Assembly: GCA_038065255.1 (NCBI GenBank)
Contig: JBBTRI010000006.1
Span: 9,240-73,239 of the forward strand
Length of the DNA stretch: 64,000 bases
Origin: Patescibacteria group bacterium
GTDB lineage: Bacteria > Patescibacteriota > Patescibacteriia > JACQRZ01
Reading direction: 5' to 3'
Shown here: in pieces, positions 30,515 to 39,695 of the stretch
Numbering within the stretch: the stretch's first letter is position 1
Layout: each line of letters starts with the position of its first letter
Notes under the pieces: generated by a model
The model's database searches: none
What the model was told of the DNA's origin: nothing
Seen by the model: only the letters and a program-made list of their open reading frames with translations
Translations under genes and position numbers: made by a program

Positions 30515-31522
30515 CTACAGAGCAATCTCCATGCCTTCGTATGCCGCTTTGGTTGGGATATCGCAGAGCGTTTCTACGAACGTTGCGAGTTCCGTGATCT
30601 TGTAGTCTGATGCTGCAGGGTCATGGTGTGTTGTCATGATGCGGAGCGGTGAGCCTGCGCGGGCAACTTTGGCGATGTACTCGGGATAGGAGTGTCCCCA
30701 GTTGAGCTTCTGGACGCTGCCGACACCAAGGTAGTCGTCGAGTGAGTACTGGCAATCGGTCGTCCAGAGATCTGCGCCAGCAACCAGGTCCTTGAGCGGG
30801 ACGGGAATGGCATCATTGCCGTAGGGCTCATGGTCGGTGGTGAAGCAGAATACCTTGTCATTGAAGGTGATGCGATAGCCGAATGTTTCCTGGGGGTGAT
30901 GGAGCTTGCGTGCCTTGATGATGATCGGACCCTCGTCAGACTGGATGGTGATTGTCCAGCCATCGTGAATGGTATGGAATTCCATTTCCATTCCAGTATG
31001 CTTGAGTTCACCGAACATGACTGGGAATACAGGGTGATCCATTTGTCCCTTCAGGACCGTTTCGAGATTCGCATCCCATTCCTTGCCGCCATAGAAGATG
31101 AACTTGTTCTTGAACACTCCCTTTGGCATGTAGAGCGGGTTGAAGAATGGCAGGCCCTGGATGTGGTCCCAGTGAACGTGGCTTTGCAGAATTATTCCCG
31201 AGAGCCCTTTGGCTTCGAGTGTTTCGGGCATGAGTGCGGAACCCAGTTCACGCAAGCCCGTGCCCATGTCGATGATGATGAGAGTCTTTCCGCAGCGCAC
31301 TTCCACACAAGTGGTGTTGCCACCATAGGTAGAGCGCACTTCGAAGGGGAGGTTCGCATCAACCCAATTCTCAAGAGTACTTTCCGATTGTTCCCCAAAC
31401 GACGGATCGTTTTGGGCAATCTTCAGAGCCTTGAGAATTTTCTCGCGAACCTTGGCGCCGGTGAGTGGCGAGGGGATGGACCCCCGCACTCCCCAGTACC
31501 GGATAATCATAGGCGCTTTCAT
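30515..31522 (-). CDS. MBL-fold metallo-hydrolase (phosphodiesterase/RNase Z-like)
   Basis: WGVRGSIP, YGGNTTCV, D.GTG, SHVHWDHIQG, TDHE, WGHS, HHDP; start 31522 with AAGGA SD. Confidence 0.9.
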   Translation of the reverse strand: MKAPMIIRYWGVRGSIPSPLTGAKVREKILKALKIAQNDPSFGEQSESTLENWVDANLPFEVRSTYGGNTTCVEVRCGKTLIIIDMGTGLRELGSALMPETLEAKGLSGIILQSHVHWDHIQGLPFFNPLYMPKGVFKNKFIFYGGKEWDANLETVLKGQMDHPVFPVMFGELKHTGMEMEFHTIHDGWTITIQSDEGPIIIKARKLHHPQETFGYRITFNDKVFCFTTDHEPYGNDAIPVPLKDLVAGADLWTTDCQYSLDDYLGVGSVQKLNWGHSYPEYIAKVARAGSPLRIMTTHHDPAASDYKITELATFVETLCDIPTKAAYEGMEIAL

Positions 31523-31646
31523 GGTGTACTTCCTTGTCAATGTACGTTACGTGGCTAAACTCACTCGAGCTTGCCTTCGTTGTACACCTTGACTCTATCC
31601 CCGGAAGGAGTAATGTACAATATGTATTAATAACCATTAGACAACT

Positions 31647-32423
31647 ATGCCAAATACCGAAGCAATCCTTTCAAAATTGGGCCTATCATCTTCTGAGCAA
31701 GAACTCTACCTCACTATGAGCATGCAGGGCGCGCTTACGGCTAGCGAGCTTATGAAGGCAACCCATATGAAGCGCCCCACACTCTACTACGCCCTCAAAC
31801 AGCTTGAAGATAAGGGACTGTTGCATAAGGTTGTAGCTGCACTTGGTGTCACGCGTTTTCAGGCGGAGCAGCCTGAAAAACTCGCAACACTACTTGAGTT
31901 GCGCCAAGAAGAAATAAAATCACTCATCGCAGATGTGCATGCATGGATTCCGGAACTCAAAAAGAAAAAAGAACTGCATGAAGGCTTGCCGGCCGTATCG
32001 TTTTATGAGGGCGAGCAGAATATGAAAATTGCCATTATGGAAACACTCTATGGGCGTTCGCGCCATATCGATTCCCTGGCGCCTAATGATAATTTTTTTT
32101 GGCAAGCCGGGCAGCCGTTTTCTCAAAAGTATATTGATCAACGCCGTGCAAGAAATATTACAACACGAAATCTCTGGGAGCAGCAGCTTAAGCCGGAAAT
32201 CATGCTGAAATCATACAAAGGACTTTCTCAAGTAAAAATATTGCCCAAAACAATGCATGGGAAATTTCGAACAACAATGTTTCTCTATGACGATATAGTT
32301 ATGTATATTGCAAGCAAAAAAAGCGGCTACGTACTTATGGTGAAATCACGAGAGCATTATGAGATGATGAAAGCGATGTATGATACGCTGTGGGAAATCT
32401 CAAAATCAGTGAAACTTGATTAG
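31647..32423 (+). CDS. TrmB family transcriptional regulator
   Basis: LGLS..E..LY, RPTLY..L..L..KGL wHTH, FYEG, C-terminal sensor domain. Confidence 0.88.
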   Translation: MPNTEAILSKLGLSSSEQELYLTMSMQGALTASELMKATHMKRPTLYYALKQLEDKGLLHKVVAALGVTRFQAEQPEKLATLLELRQEEIKSLIADVHAWIPELKKKKELHEGLPAVSFYEGEQNMKIAIMETLYGRSRHIDSLAPNDNFFWQAGQPFSQKYIDQRRARNITTRNLWEQQLKPEIMLKSYKGLSQVKILPKTMHGKFRTTMFLYDDIVMYIASKKSGYVLMVKSREHYEMMKAMYDTLWEISKSVKLD

Positions 32424-32569
32424 GTATATCTTTTGAAATGGGATTGTTTTTGATCTAACCCTGAAGCAGTTTGGAGTGGATAATCCTCTTGTATAAATTG
32501 CACAAAGGAGTACTTTTGGAAGGAGAAGAACTTGAAAAGAAAAAGAAAGAACTATTTCAACAATAGAGT

Positions 32570-33082
32570 ATGCACTATTCATATTGTTTGCTTTGCGGCG
32601 GTGCTCTTAAAAAAACACAAACTTGTTTCGTATGCGTGCAATGCGGTTATGAAGTGTACGAAAACCCAAGACCATCAAGCGGACTTATTTTTTTTACCGA
32701 TAGAAATGAAATCCTTCTATTAAAACGTTCAAGAGAACCTCGTTCTGGTGCATGGGGTATTCCCGCTGGTTTTGTAGATCAACAGGAGAGTTTTGAAGAA
32801 TCCGCAGTACGAGAAGTTCGTGAAGAGCTTGGAATATATTTAAAAACGATGACATATTTTCGATCATATGCTGATATTTATGATTATCAGGGAGTCACAC
32901 TCCCTATTTTGACAGCAATTTTTTGTGCACAACTTGCTCATGATGTGCAGATTAAGCTTGACGCTGAAAATTCTGAATATGCATTTTTTAAGTTTGAAGA
33001 TATTCCTTTTCATAACTTCGGATTTCAAAGCCACTCACAATCAATCCATGATTTTATAAATGAAAAGAATAAAATAATATGA
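32570..33082 (+). CDS. NUDIX hydrolase with N-terminal zinc ribbon
   Basis: CLLC...CVQC, Y.NP, PAGFVDQQESFEESAVREVREELG. Confidence 0.9.
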   Translation: MHYSYCLLCGGALKKTQTCFVCVQCGYEVYENPRPSSGLIFFTDRNEILLLKRSREPRSGAWGIPAGFVDQQESFEESAVREVREELGIYLKTMTYFRSYADIYDYQGVTLPILTAIFCAQLAHDVQIKLDAENSEYAFFKFEDIPFHNFGFQSHSQSIHDFINEKNKII

Positions 33083-33498
33083 ATCAGACAATACTTGCTT
33101 TCGGGTATCCTAAAACATTGTTAAAGGAATATACTTATTGGGTTGTAATGCTTCGTCCACAACAGATCACAATAGGCTCTCTCATAGTGGCAGCGAAGTC
33201 AGATGTTACTAAACTCGGAGATCTTGAGAAAGAAGCGTGGTTGGAATTTTCTGGAGTAGCTCGCGAGATGGAAGAATTACTTACTCGCGTATTTGACGCA
33301 GAAAAGTTTAATTATCTTGCACTTATGATGAAGGATCCTAATCCTCATTTTCATTTCGTACCACGATATTCAAAGCCAGTAGTATTTAACGGTAAAGAAT
33401 ATATTGATGCGGATTGGCCTCTTAAAACTGAGCTAAGGGCGCTTGACTTATCAAGTGATGAATTCTTGTTAATTATGAATGCACTGAAGAAAGCATAA
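33079..33498 (+). CDS. HIT family hydrolase
   Basis: NYLALMMKDPNPHFHFVPRY (variant HxHxH). Confidence 0.85.
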   Translation: MNQTILAFGYPKTLLKEYTYWVVMLRPQQITIGSLIVAAKSDVTKLGDLEKEAWLEFSGVAREMEELLTRVFDAEKFNYLALMMKDPNPHFHFVPRYSKPVVFNGKEYIDADWPLKTELRALDLSSDEFLLIMNALKKA

Positions 33499-33521
33499 AA
33501 TATCCAAGCTACACGAAGTTT

Positions 33522-34559
33522 ATGAATGAAAAGATAAAAGTTGGAATTATTTATGGTGGAAAATCTGCAGAACATGAAGTGTCGTTGGAATCAGCGAAGA
33601 GTATTATCAGCGCTATTGATAAAGAAAAATACGATATTACACCCATCTTGGTAGACAAAAGTGGTAAGTGGTCCTTAGATGGAGGTCAACATGTCGTTCT
33701 CGTTCCGCAGGGTAATGGAGGACTTATTAATTTGGATACTCAACAATCGGAAGGGAAGTTGGACGTTGCCTTTCCGATACTCCATGGACCCTTTGGAGAA
33801 GATGGCACAATGCAGGGCTTGCTTAAACTTGCGAATATCCCCTTTGTAGGCGCGAGTGTCTTAGGTTCGGCCGTTGGCATGGATAAGGACGTGATGAAAA
33901 GATTGCTTAGAGATGCGGGAATACCGATAGCGCATTTTATGACTATCACCGAGAAGACCATTCCGACATACGAAGAGGTTGTCAAAGAGTTCGGATCATT
34001 GGTATTTGTGAAGCCGGCAAATCTTGGTTCTTCGGTAGGCGTAAATAAGGCTAGTGATCAACTGTCGTTTGAAAAAGCGATTCACGAAGCTTTTCAGTAC
34101 GATAGAAAAAGTATCATAGAGGAATATGTAGAGGGTAGGGAGATGGAATGTTCCGTTCTGGGAAACGACGATCCGATCGCTTCTGTTCCTGGGGAAGTTA
34201 TTCCAACTCATGATTTTTATTCATATGATGCTAAATATGTTGACGAACATGGCGCGACGTTTGATATTCCTGCAAAAGTGTCTGATGAAGTTACAAAAAA
34301 GATCCAGGATCTAGCCATACAAACATATAAAACACTTTGTTGTGAGGGTATGGCGCGCGTTGATTTTTTTCTGAAATCCGATGGAGAAGTGATCGTGAAT
34401 GAGATCAATACCATCCCCGGATTTACGCCTATCAGTATGTATCCAAAAATGTGGGAAGCGAGCAAAATCTCATCAACTCAGCTTATTGACCAACTGATAC
34501 AATTGGCTTTCGATCGTTTTGAAAAGGAAAAGAAATTAATAACATCGTATGAAGCCTAA
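33522..34559 (+). CDS. ddl: D-alanine--D-alanine ligase
   Basis: GGKSAEHEVS, HGPFGEDG, KPANLGSSVG, FYSYDAKY, NEINTIPGFT..SMYP. Confidence 0.97.
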   Translation: MNEKIKVGIIYGGKSAEHEVSLESAKSIISAIDKEKYDITPILVDKSGKWSLDGGQHVVLVPQGNGGLINLDTQQSEGKLDVAFPILHGPFGEDGTMQGLLKLANIPFVGASVLGSAVGMDKDVMKRLLRDAGIPIAHFMTITEKTIPTYEEVVKEFGSLVFVKPANLGSSVGVNKASDQLSFEKAIHEAFQYDRKSIIEEYVEGREMECSVLGNDDPIASVPGEVIPTHDFYSYDAKYVDEHGATFDIPAKVSDEVTKKIQDLAIQTYKTLCCEGMARVDFFLKSDGEVIVNEINTIPGFTPISMYPKMWEASKISSTQLIDQLIQLAFDRFEKEKKLITSYEA

Positions 34560-35160
34560 AGATATTATTCCGAAAGATACGCGTTATGTGCCGTTTGTTC
34601 AGGAGAAAACTCACTGTGTTCCTGCATGTATTTCAATGATTATGTATCATCAGGGCATCCCGCTTATTTCCCAACAAGTTCTTGGTCATGCCATGGGAAT
34701 GATAGTTCATAGGGATGATAAAAAATTATTTTGGAGTCCGCCAAAGGCATCCGCGAATTATATGGGAAGGGGATATTATGGTACGCAGATCGGATTAAAA
34801 AAGTATCATCCGAATACGGTATTTCCTAAGCTTGGCATCCCATTGGAAATGGTTTTTCATCCAATCAGCAGTTTTGATAAATCCGGTATAAAAAAATTTC
34901 TTCTTGAAACCCAAAAGAGCGATAAGGACATTATTGTGTGTTTTGATGCTGGGAAATTAAACGGTCATGGCAAAAGAGGAGGACACGTATCTGTATTTGA
35001 TGTTGTTGAGCCTTCAAAGAACAGCGTAAGAATTGTTGATCCTCAGCAAAGCAGGCCAAAGTGGCGGAATATTTCTATTTCATTGCTCTATGAATCAATG
35101 AAGTTGCACGGCGACAAAAATATGGGCGGTTTCTGGGAGTTTCGTAAGAAGATTTTGTGA
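34549..35160 (+). CDS. Peptidase C39-like (papain-fold) protein
   Basis: Q....CVPAC, GH.SV and IVDP motifs. Confidence 0.65.
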   Translation: MKPKDIIPKDTRYVPFVQEKTHCVPACISMIMYHQGIPLISQQVLGHAMGMIVHRDDKKLFWSPPKASANYMGRGYYGTQIGLKKYHPNTVFPKLGIPLEMVFHPISSFDKSGIKKFLLETQKSDKDIIVCFDAGKLNGHGKRGGHVSVFDVVEPSKNSVRIVDPQQSRPKWRNISISLLYESMKLHGDKNMGGFWEFRKKIL

Positions 35161-35174
35161 TATACTGAAAGGAT

Positions 35175-35702
35175 ATGGAAAATGATAACCAAGTAGTCAT
35201 TTATACAGAAGACAATGGCTCAACTCGCCTTGAAGTTACTTTTCGAGACGAAACAGTTTGGCTTAATCTTAATCAAATTGCCAAACTTTTTGGACGCGAT
35301 AAATCCGTCATTTCGCGACATCTATCTTCTATTTTTAAAGAGAAGGAGCTAGATCGAAGGTCAACTGTTGCAAAAAATGCAACAGTTCAAATTGAACAAG
35401 GAAGAGAAGTTGTTCGTCAAATAGAGTATTTTAACCTTGATGCAATTATATCAGTTGGATATAGGGTTAATTCAAAACAAGCAACGCAATTTCGAATGTG
35501 GGCTACAGACACCTTAAAAGAACATATCTTGAAGGGGTATACAGTTAATGAAAACCGCCTTAGGGACAACCAAGCATTAAAACTGAAGGAACTTGAAAAA
35601 ACAGTATCATTACTTCAGGGAGTTATCCGCTCAAAAATACTTAATGATATCGTTGGTCACAAACTTGCTTTCGAAAGGATGATATATGGTATCGAGGCAT
35701 GA
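35175..35702 (+). CDS. RhuM-family DNA-binding protein (N-terminal domain only)
   Basis: ETVWL...QIA.LF, ISRH, YFNLDAIISVGYRVNS..ATQFR.WAT; paralog of 8557..9030. Confidence 0.85.
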   Translation: MENDNQVVIYTEDNGSTRLEVTFRDETVWLNLNQIAKLFGRDKSVISRHLSSIFKEKELDRRSTVAKNATVQIEQGREVVRQIEYFNLDAIISVGYRVNSKQATQFRMWATDTLKEHILKGYTVNENRLRDNQALKLKELEKTVSLLQGVIRSKILNDIVGHKLAFERMIYGIEA

Positions 35703-36426
35703 AATTATACAGAAATTGACCGATGGCTTAAAAAAGAATCCGCACGTTTTCGCATTGTGGCTTGAAGGCGCTGATTCAAATAATACTGTTGATAAATTCT
35801 CCGACATCGATGTTTGGCTTGATGTAAAAGATGGTAAAGAACGAGAAGTGTTTCGGTCTATCAAAAAGATTTTGCAAAAGCTTGGTCCGACAACCCTCTT
35901 GGGCTTTCTTGATAATCCCAACCCCGATATTTTCACACGGGCATATCATCTTGATAATACTCCCCCAACACTTCTTATAGATATTTGCGTTCAGCGCCAT
36001 AGCCGTAATTTTGTTTTTATTAAAGAACATACGCATGAGCGTCCCAAAATACTTTTTGATAAGTGCACTGTGATACAGTATAAGAAGCTTAACGCAGCTG
36101 AAGAAAAGTGCATACAACAAAAGAGAATAGAGTTTCTTAAAAGTGCACTACGGCAAAAAGGGAGGATTATTGCTAAGATAAAACGCAAGGACTTCCTTGA
36201 AGCCCTTGCATACTATCACAAATGGGCACTTGCACCCTTAGTGGAACTTTTACGCATCCGATATGCGCCATTAAAGCGAGAATATCATCTTAAGCATGCT
36301 TCACGCGACCTCCCAAAGCGCGTTGTCGCACAACTTGAAGATCTCTACAAAGTAGCATCAGTAAAAGATATTCAATCAAAGCTTAGTAAAGCCTGTAAGC
36401 TTTTCTATCAAACCCTAAAAAAATAA
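35686..36426 (+). CDS. Pol-beta superfamily nucleotidyltransferase (AadK/LinB-like architecture)
   Basis: WLEGAD....D.FSDID motif, third Asp in LIDI, helical C-terminal domain. Confidence 0.7.
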   Translation: MVSRHEIIQKLTDGLKKNPHVFALWLEGADSNNTVDKFSDIDVWLDVKDGKEREVFRSIKKILQKLGPTTLLGFLDNPNPDIFTRAYHLDNTPPTLLIDICVQRHSRNFVFIKEHTHERPKILFDKCTVIQYKKLNAAEEKCIQQKRIEFLKSALRQKGRIIAKIKRKDFLEALAYYHKWALAPLVELLRIRYAPLKREYHLKHASRDLPKRVVAQLEDLYKVASVKDIQSKLSKACKLFYQTLKK

Positions 36427-36450
36427 ATAACAATACCTAATAAAACTATT

Positions 36451-37443
36451 ATGATCATAAAACTTGAAGATTTGAAAGCGGTTGCCAAAAAAGCGATCTT
36501 GAACTATGGATATTCGGAAAGCGAAGCAATTGTTATGCTTGACGTGATGCTTTACGCTCAAATGCGTGGCAACAATCAGGGAGTAGTGAAGCTTATTGGC
36601 AAGGGGATTCCGAAATCTGCAGCCACTCGTCCCATTGTAGTAGAAAAAGAAACAGCTTTGTCAGCTTTTTTTGATGGTGGCCAAAACCATGCCATGGTCG
36701 CTGTGAAATATGTAGTTGACGTGGCGATTTCAAAAGCAAAGAAATGCGGTATCGCAGTGGTAGGTATTCATCAGCTCAATACCTCATCGGGTGCACTTGG
36801 GTACTATGCGCGTTCAATCGCAGACTCTGGATTGGTTGGAATGGTGATGTGCGGTTCTATGGAAACAGTCGCAGCAGCAGGTTCTTCCCAGGCAATTTTT
36901 GGAACTAACCCATTTGCGATTGCAGTGCCTACAGCTACACAGCCCATGGTGTTTGATATGACGACTTCCGCAATGGCATTTTTTGGTGTTGTGCAAGCCG
37001 ATACTGCCGGAGTGCCTCTTCCTGAAGGAATCGCATATGACAAAGAAGGAAGTCCAACTACAAAAGCATCAGATGTGCTTGCCGGAGGAGCGCTTAAGTC
37101 TTTTGACGGAAGTCATAAGGGTTCAGGCCTTTCGATGATGATCCAGGCGCTTACCGGACCGCTTCTCCATTCGTATTTTACTGGTATTGGTGATGTTGGA
37201 AGTAATTGGGCAGGACATTTGATCGTAGCATTTGATCCAGAGCTTTTAGGTGGTCTTGCGTCGCTTAAAGAAGGCGTAAGTCAGATGATAGAAAAAGTAA
37301 AAGCAACAAAAAAATTGCCAAATGTTGATGAAATTTTTGTACCAGGTGAGAAGGGAGATAGGCTTACTCAGGCCATACTCCAATCAGGTGAGATAGAAAT
37401 TGAAGATAATCTTTATAATGAACTTAGAAAAATAGCTGCATAA
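36451..37443 (+). CDS. Ldh_2 family (type 2 malate/L-lactate/sulfolactate dehydrogenase-like) oxidoreductase
   Basis: DG, GALGYY, FGTNPFAIAVP, DM.TS, HKGSGL, PGE. Confidence 0.9.
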   Translation: MIIKLEDLKAVAKKAILNYGYSESEAIVMLDVMLYAQMRGNNQGVVKLIGKGIPKSAATRPIVVEKETALSAFFDGGQNHAMVAVKYVVDVAISKAKKCGIAVVGIHQLNTSSGALGYYARSIADSGLVGMVMCGSMETVAAAGSSQAIFGTNPFAIAVPTATQPMVFDMTTSAMAFFGVVQADTAGVPLPEGIAYDKEGSPTTKASDVLAGGALKSFDGSHKGSGLSMMIQALTGPLLHSYFTGIGDVGSNWAGHLIVAFDPELLGGLASLKEGVSQMIEKVKATKKLPNVDEIFVPGEKGDRLTQAILQSGEIEIEDNLYNELRKIAA

Positions 37444-37452
37444 TAATAAAGA

Positions 37453-37476
37453 GCCGCACATGCTTACCATGGCGGC
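37453..37476 (-). terminator. Probable terminator of the pncB operon
   Basis: GCCGC(A)CATG-CTTAC-CATGGCGGC hairpin between convergent genes, T-rich tail on the minus strand. Confidence 0.45.
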
Positions 37477-37487
37477 GGTGTTTTGGT

Positions 37488-38735
37488 CTAGTACACGCAT
37501 TTTTGTCTGAACGTGGTTGTGTAGCCGGACTGTTGCTTGAACCATTCTACACGCTCGGGATCGCCGATGGCTTTCTCGATGTTGTCGGAGAGCTTTACAA
37601 GGGAGATTCCATCAGCTTCGGTAGCCTTGATCACCAATGAGAGAGCTTTGAATCCCAGGTCATTGGTGAGGTTGGTTCCCCAGCCGAAGACGAACATGAT
37701 GCGCGTTGCGAATTGTTTGGCAAGGGCATTCATCGCTTTCACATCAAGACCGTCAGAGAATACGATGAGCTTTTCTCGTGCATCGATCCCGTAGAATGCA
37801 TACAGTGCGACGACCTGTTCTCCATATTCTGCCGGATCACCGGAGTCTTGGCGGGTGCCCTTCCATTGCACAGCACGTTCTTTGGTGAATACTTCACGGA
37901 AGAAGAATGGCGAACCATAGGTATCGGTGAGCGCCGTAGAGAGTGCTGATCCGTAGAGATCGTACCAGTCGTCAAGCAATTCTTGCTGAGTTGCGACAAG
38001 ATCATTGCCAAGCGATGCATACACCATCGAAAGTTCATGTGCATTGGTCCCAATGGCTTTGAGTCCATATTTCTTTGCAAGATACACATTCGAAGTTCCG
38101 ATGAATTGCGAAGTTGGTAGAGAGGCTGCAAGCGTACGGACAACATACTCCTGCCATTCTTTGCTGAATCTGCGCCGCGTTCCAAAATCCGAGAAGACAA
38201 TGAATTCATTTCCTTTAATAATCGCAATCTTATCGTCAAGGCGCTTTTTCCCTTCTTCGATACGAGTGCATTTCTCATCTTCAGTGAGTGAATCACACAG
38301 TGATTCACTATACAGCTCAGAAAGAATCGAAAGAGCGATTGTTTCCCAATACGTTACTTCTGCCCATGGGCCGCTGAACGTGAGCGTAAGCGTTCCGTTT
38401 TTTTCGACATCAAGCCGGTAACTCCCCAGTTTGAGTGTCGAAAGGAAGGCAAGATACTTCTTCCTGAAGAGCTTTACGCCATTGAGAGAAAGAGTTCTGA
38501 GGTATTCGATTTCATCATTAGACAGCGAGAGAGTGCGGACGTGGTCAAGCTCTTGCCGCAAACGTTGGATGTCAATGACGTTGCCCAGCTTCACCGACCG
38601 AGTTCTATTGGTCAGCGAAAATGTGACGCGTCGTTTGCCGTGCTTTAAGAAGATAAGCTGCCCCATCGTGAACTTATAGAAGTCAATGTCAAGAAGCGAT
38701 TGTATGATTGGTTCAGAACGAATTGTAAGGTGCAT
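37488..38735 (-). CDS. pncB: Nicotinate phosphoribosyltransferase
   Basis: SLLDIDFYKFTM, DFGTRRRFS, GTSN, GTNAHE, LTDT, RQDSGDP, FSDGL, GWGTNLTND, KLSD..K; start 38735 with AGAGGAG SD. Confidence 0.96.
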   Translation of the reverse strand: MHLTIRSEPIIQSLLDIDFYKFTMGQLIFLKHGKRRVTFSLTNRTRSVKLGNVIDIQRLRQELDHVRTLSLSNDEIEYLRTLSLNGVKLFRKKYLAFLSTLKLGSYRLDVEKNGTLTLTFSGPWAEVTYWETIALSILSELYSESLCDSLTEDEKCTRIEEGKKRLDDKIAIIKGNEFIVFSDFGTRRRFSKEWQEYVVRTLAASLPTSQFIGTSNVYLAKKYGLKAIGTNAHELSMVYASLGNDLVATQQELLDDWYDLYGSALSTALTDTYGSPFFFREVFTKERAVQWKGTRQDSGDPAEYGEQVVALYAFYGIDAREKLIVFSDGLDVKAMNALAKQFATRIMFVFGWGTNLTNDLGFKALSLVIKATEADGISLVKLSDNIEKAIGDPERVEWFKQQSGYTTTFRQKCVY

Positions 38736-38836
38736 TATTTTTTCTCCTCTCTCAACGTTCTTTTTGAAAAAAATATTGAGAGAGAAGGGGAGTAGAGGGA
38801 TTTGAAAGAGAATACATATCTCTACTCCCATTGGGG

Positions 38837-39622
38837 TTAGGTGCCGAATCCTCCCAGAGCGCTGAAACCACCAGTCTTTATGTTGGAGAAGGCGGCAGCA
38901 TTCTGGCTGGCTCTGACGGCAGACTGAGAAACGAACTGGAAGCATTTCCGGATTTCGGAAGGGCTGTTGCCGGGCGTGAGGATGCACGCATCGGGAATGC
39001 CCATCTCCGCGAAAATGCGCCGGAAGTTGGTCTGTCCGTCATCGATGCCCATGGCGAGGATGAGGTGTTCCTCCTGGCGGAGCATGCTGTCTACGACATG
39101 TTTGATGGTTGCAGGCGTGTGCTGGGACGATCCGACATCTGCCCCATCCGTGATGATCACCGTGATCGTACGCGTCGGGACGTTGTTGTCGGCGAACTCC
39201 TTCTTTTTCGCCAGCGACCGGCCGAGGACGATCGCTGCTTTGTCGTAGAGAGGAGTGTTGCCGTAGGGGCGGAAGGTCGTGCCGGTAAGCGGCGCGATGT
39301 TGTCGATGAGCACGTATGGCGAGTAAGTGCCTTTGTTGAGCGCTTCGACGTGCATCAAGATGCCGCTTGCCTGCTTGGAATCCTTGAGAGCCTTCAGAGT
39401 GAGATTGGTTCCGTCGATGAGTACACGGGTGTTTCCCGCATGTTCGATCGAAGAGGAGTCATCGAGGAGGAGTGTGACGATGGTCGTTTCACTCGCCTCG
39501 ACGTCATCGACGCTGATGCCCATGGCGTCCTTGATCTGGGCACCGTAATCGATGATCTGGAGCGTCCGAAGGGCGTCTGCTGTGAGTTCGCCTTCATCCG
39601 CAAGTTCCTTGAATACGTTCAT
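38837..39622 (-). CDS. vWA domain protein (TerY-like)
   Basis: MIDAS LLLDDSSSI, GNTPLYD, IITDG; start 39622 with AAGGGAG SD. Confidence 0.85.
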   Translation of the reverse strand: MNVFKELADEGELTADALRTLQIIDYGAQIKDAMGISVDDVEASETTIVTLLLDDSSSIEHAGNTRVLIDGTNLTLKALKDSKQASGILMHVEALNKGTYSPYVLIDNIAPLTGTTFRPYGNTPLYDKAAIVLGRSLAKKKEFADNNVPTRTITVIITDGADVGSSQHTPATIKHVVDSMLRQEEHLILAMGIDDGQTNFRRIFAEMGIPDACILTPGNSPSEIRKCFQFVSQSAVRASQNAAAFSNIKTGGFSALGGFGT

Positions 39623-39695
39623 GGTTGAGAGATCTCCCTTCTGTATGGTGTACGGGGAGGGACACCATACGATCGGCATCCCTCCCGCGGCGGTA

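Noticed and set aside
30830-31558. 242-aa + strand ORF
   Set aside because: Antisense shadow of the MBL hydrolase with no motifs of its own.
33522-34559. Possible vancomycin-resistance D-Ala-D-Lac ligase
   Set aside because: The omega-loop YDAKY tyrosine is typical of D-Ala-D-Ala ligases, and no van cluster genes are adjacent.
38736-38987. N-terminal extension of PncB to 499 aa, suggesting a fusion
   Set aside because: It overlaps the vWA gene; the SD and conserved N-terminus support a start at 38735.
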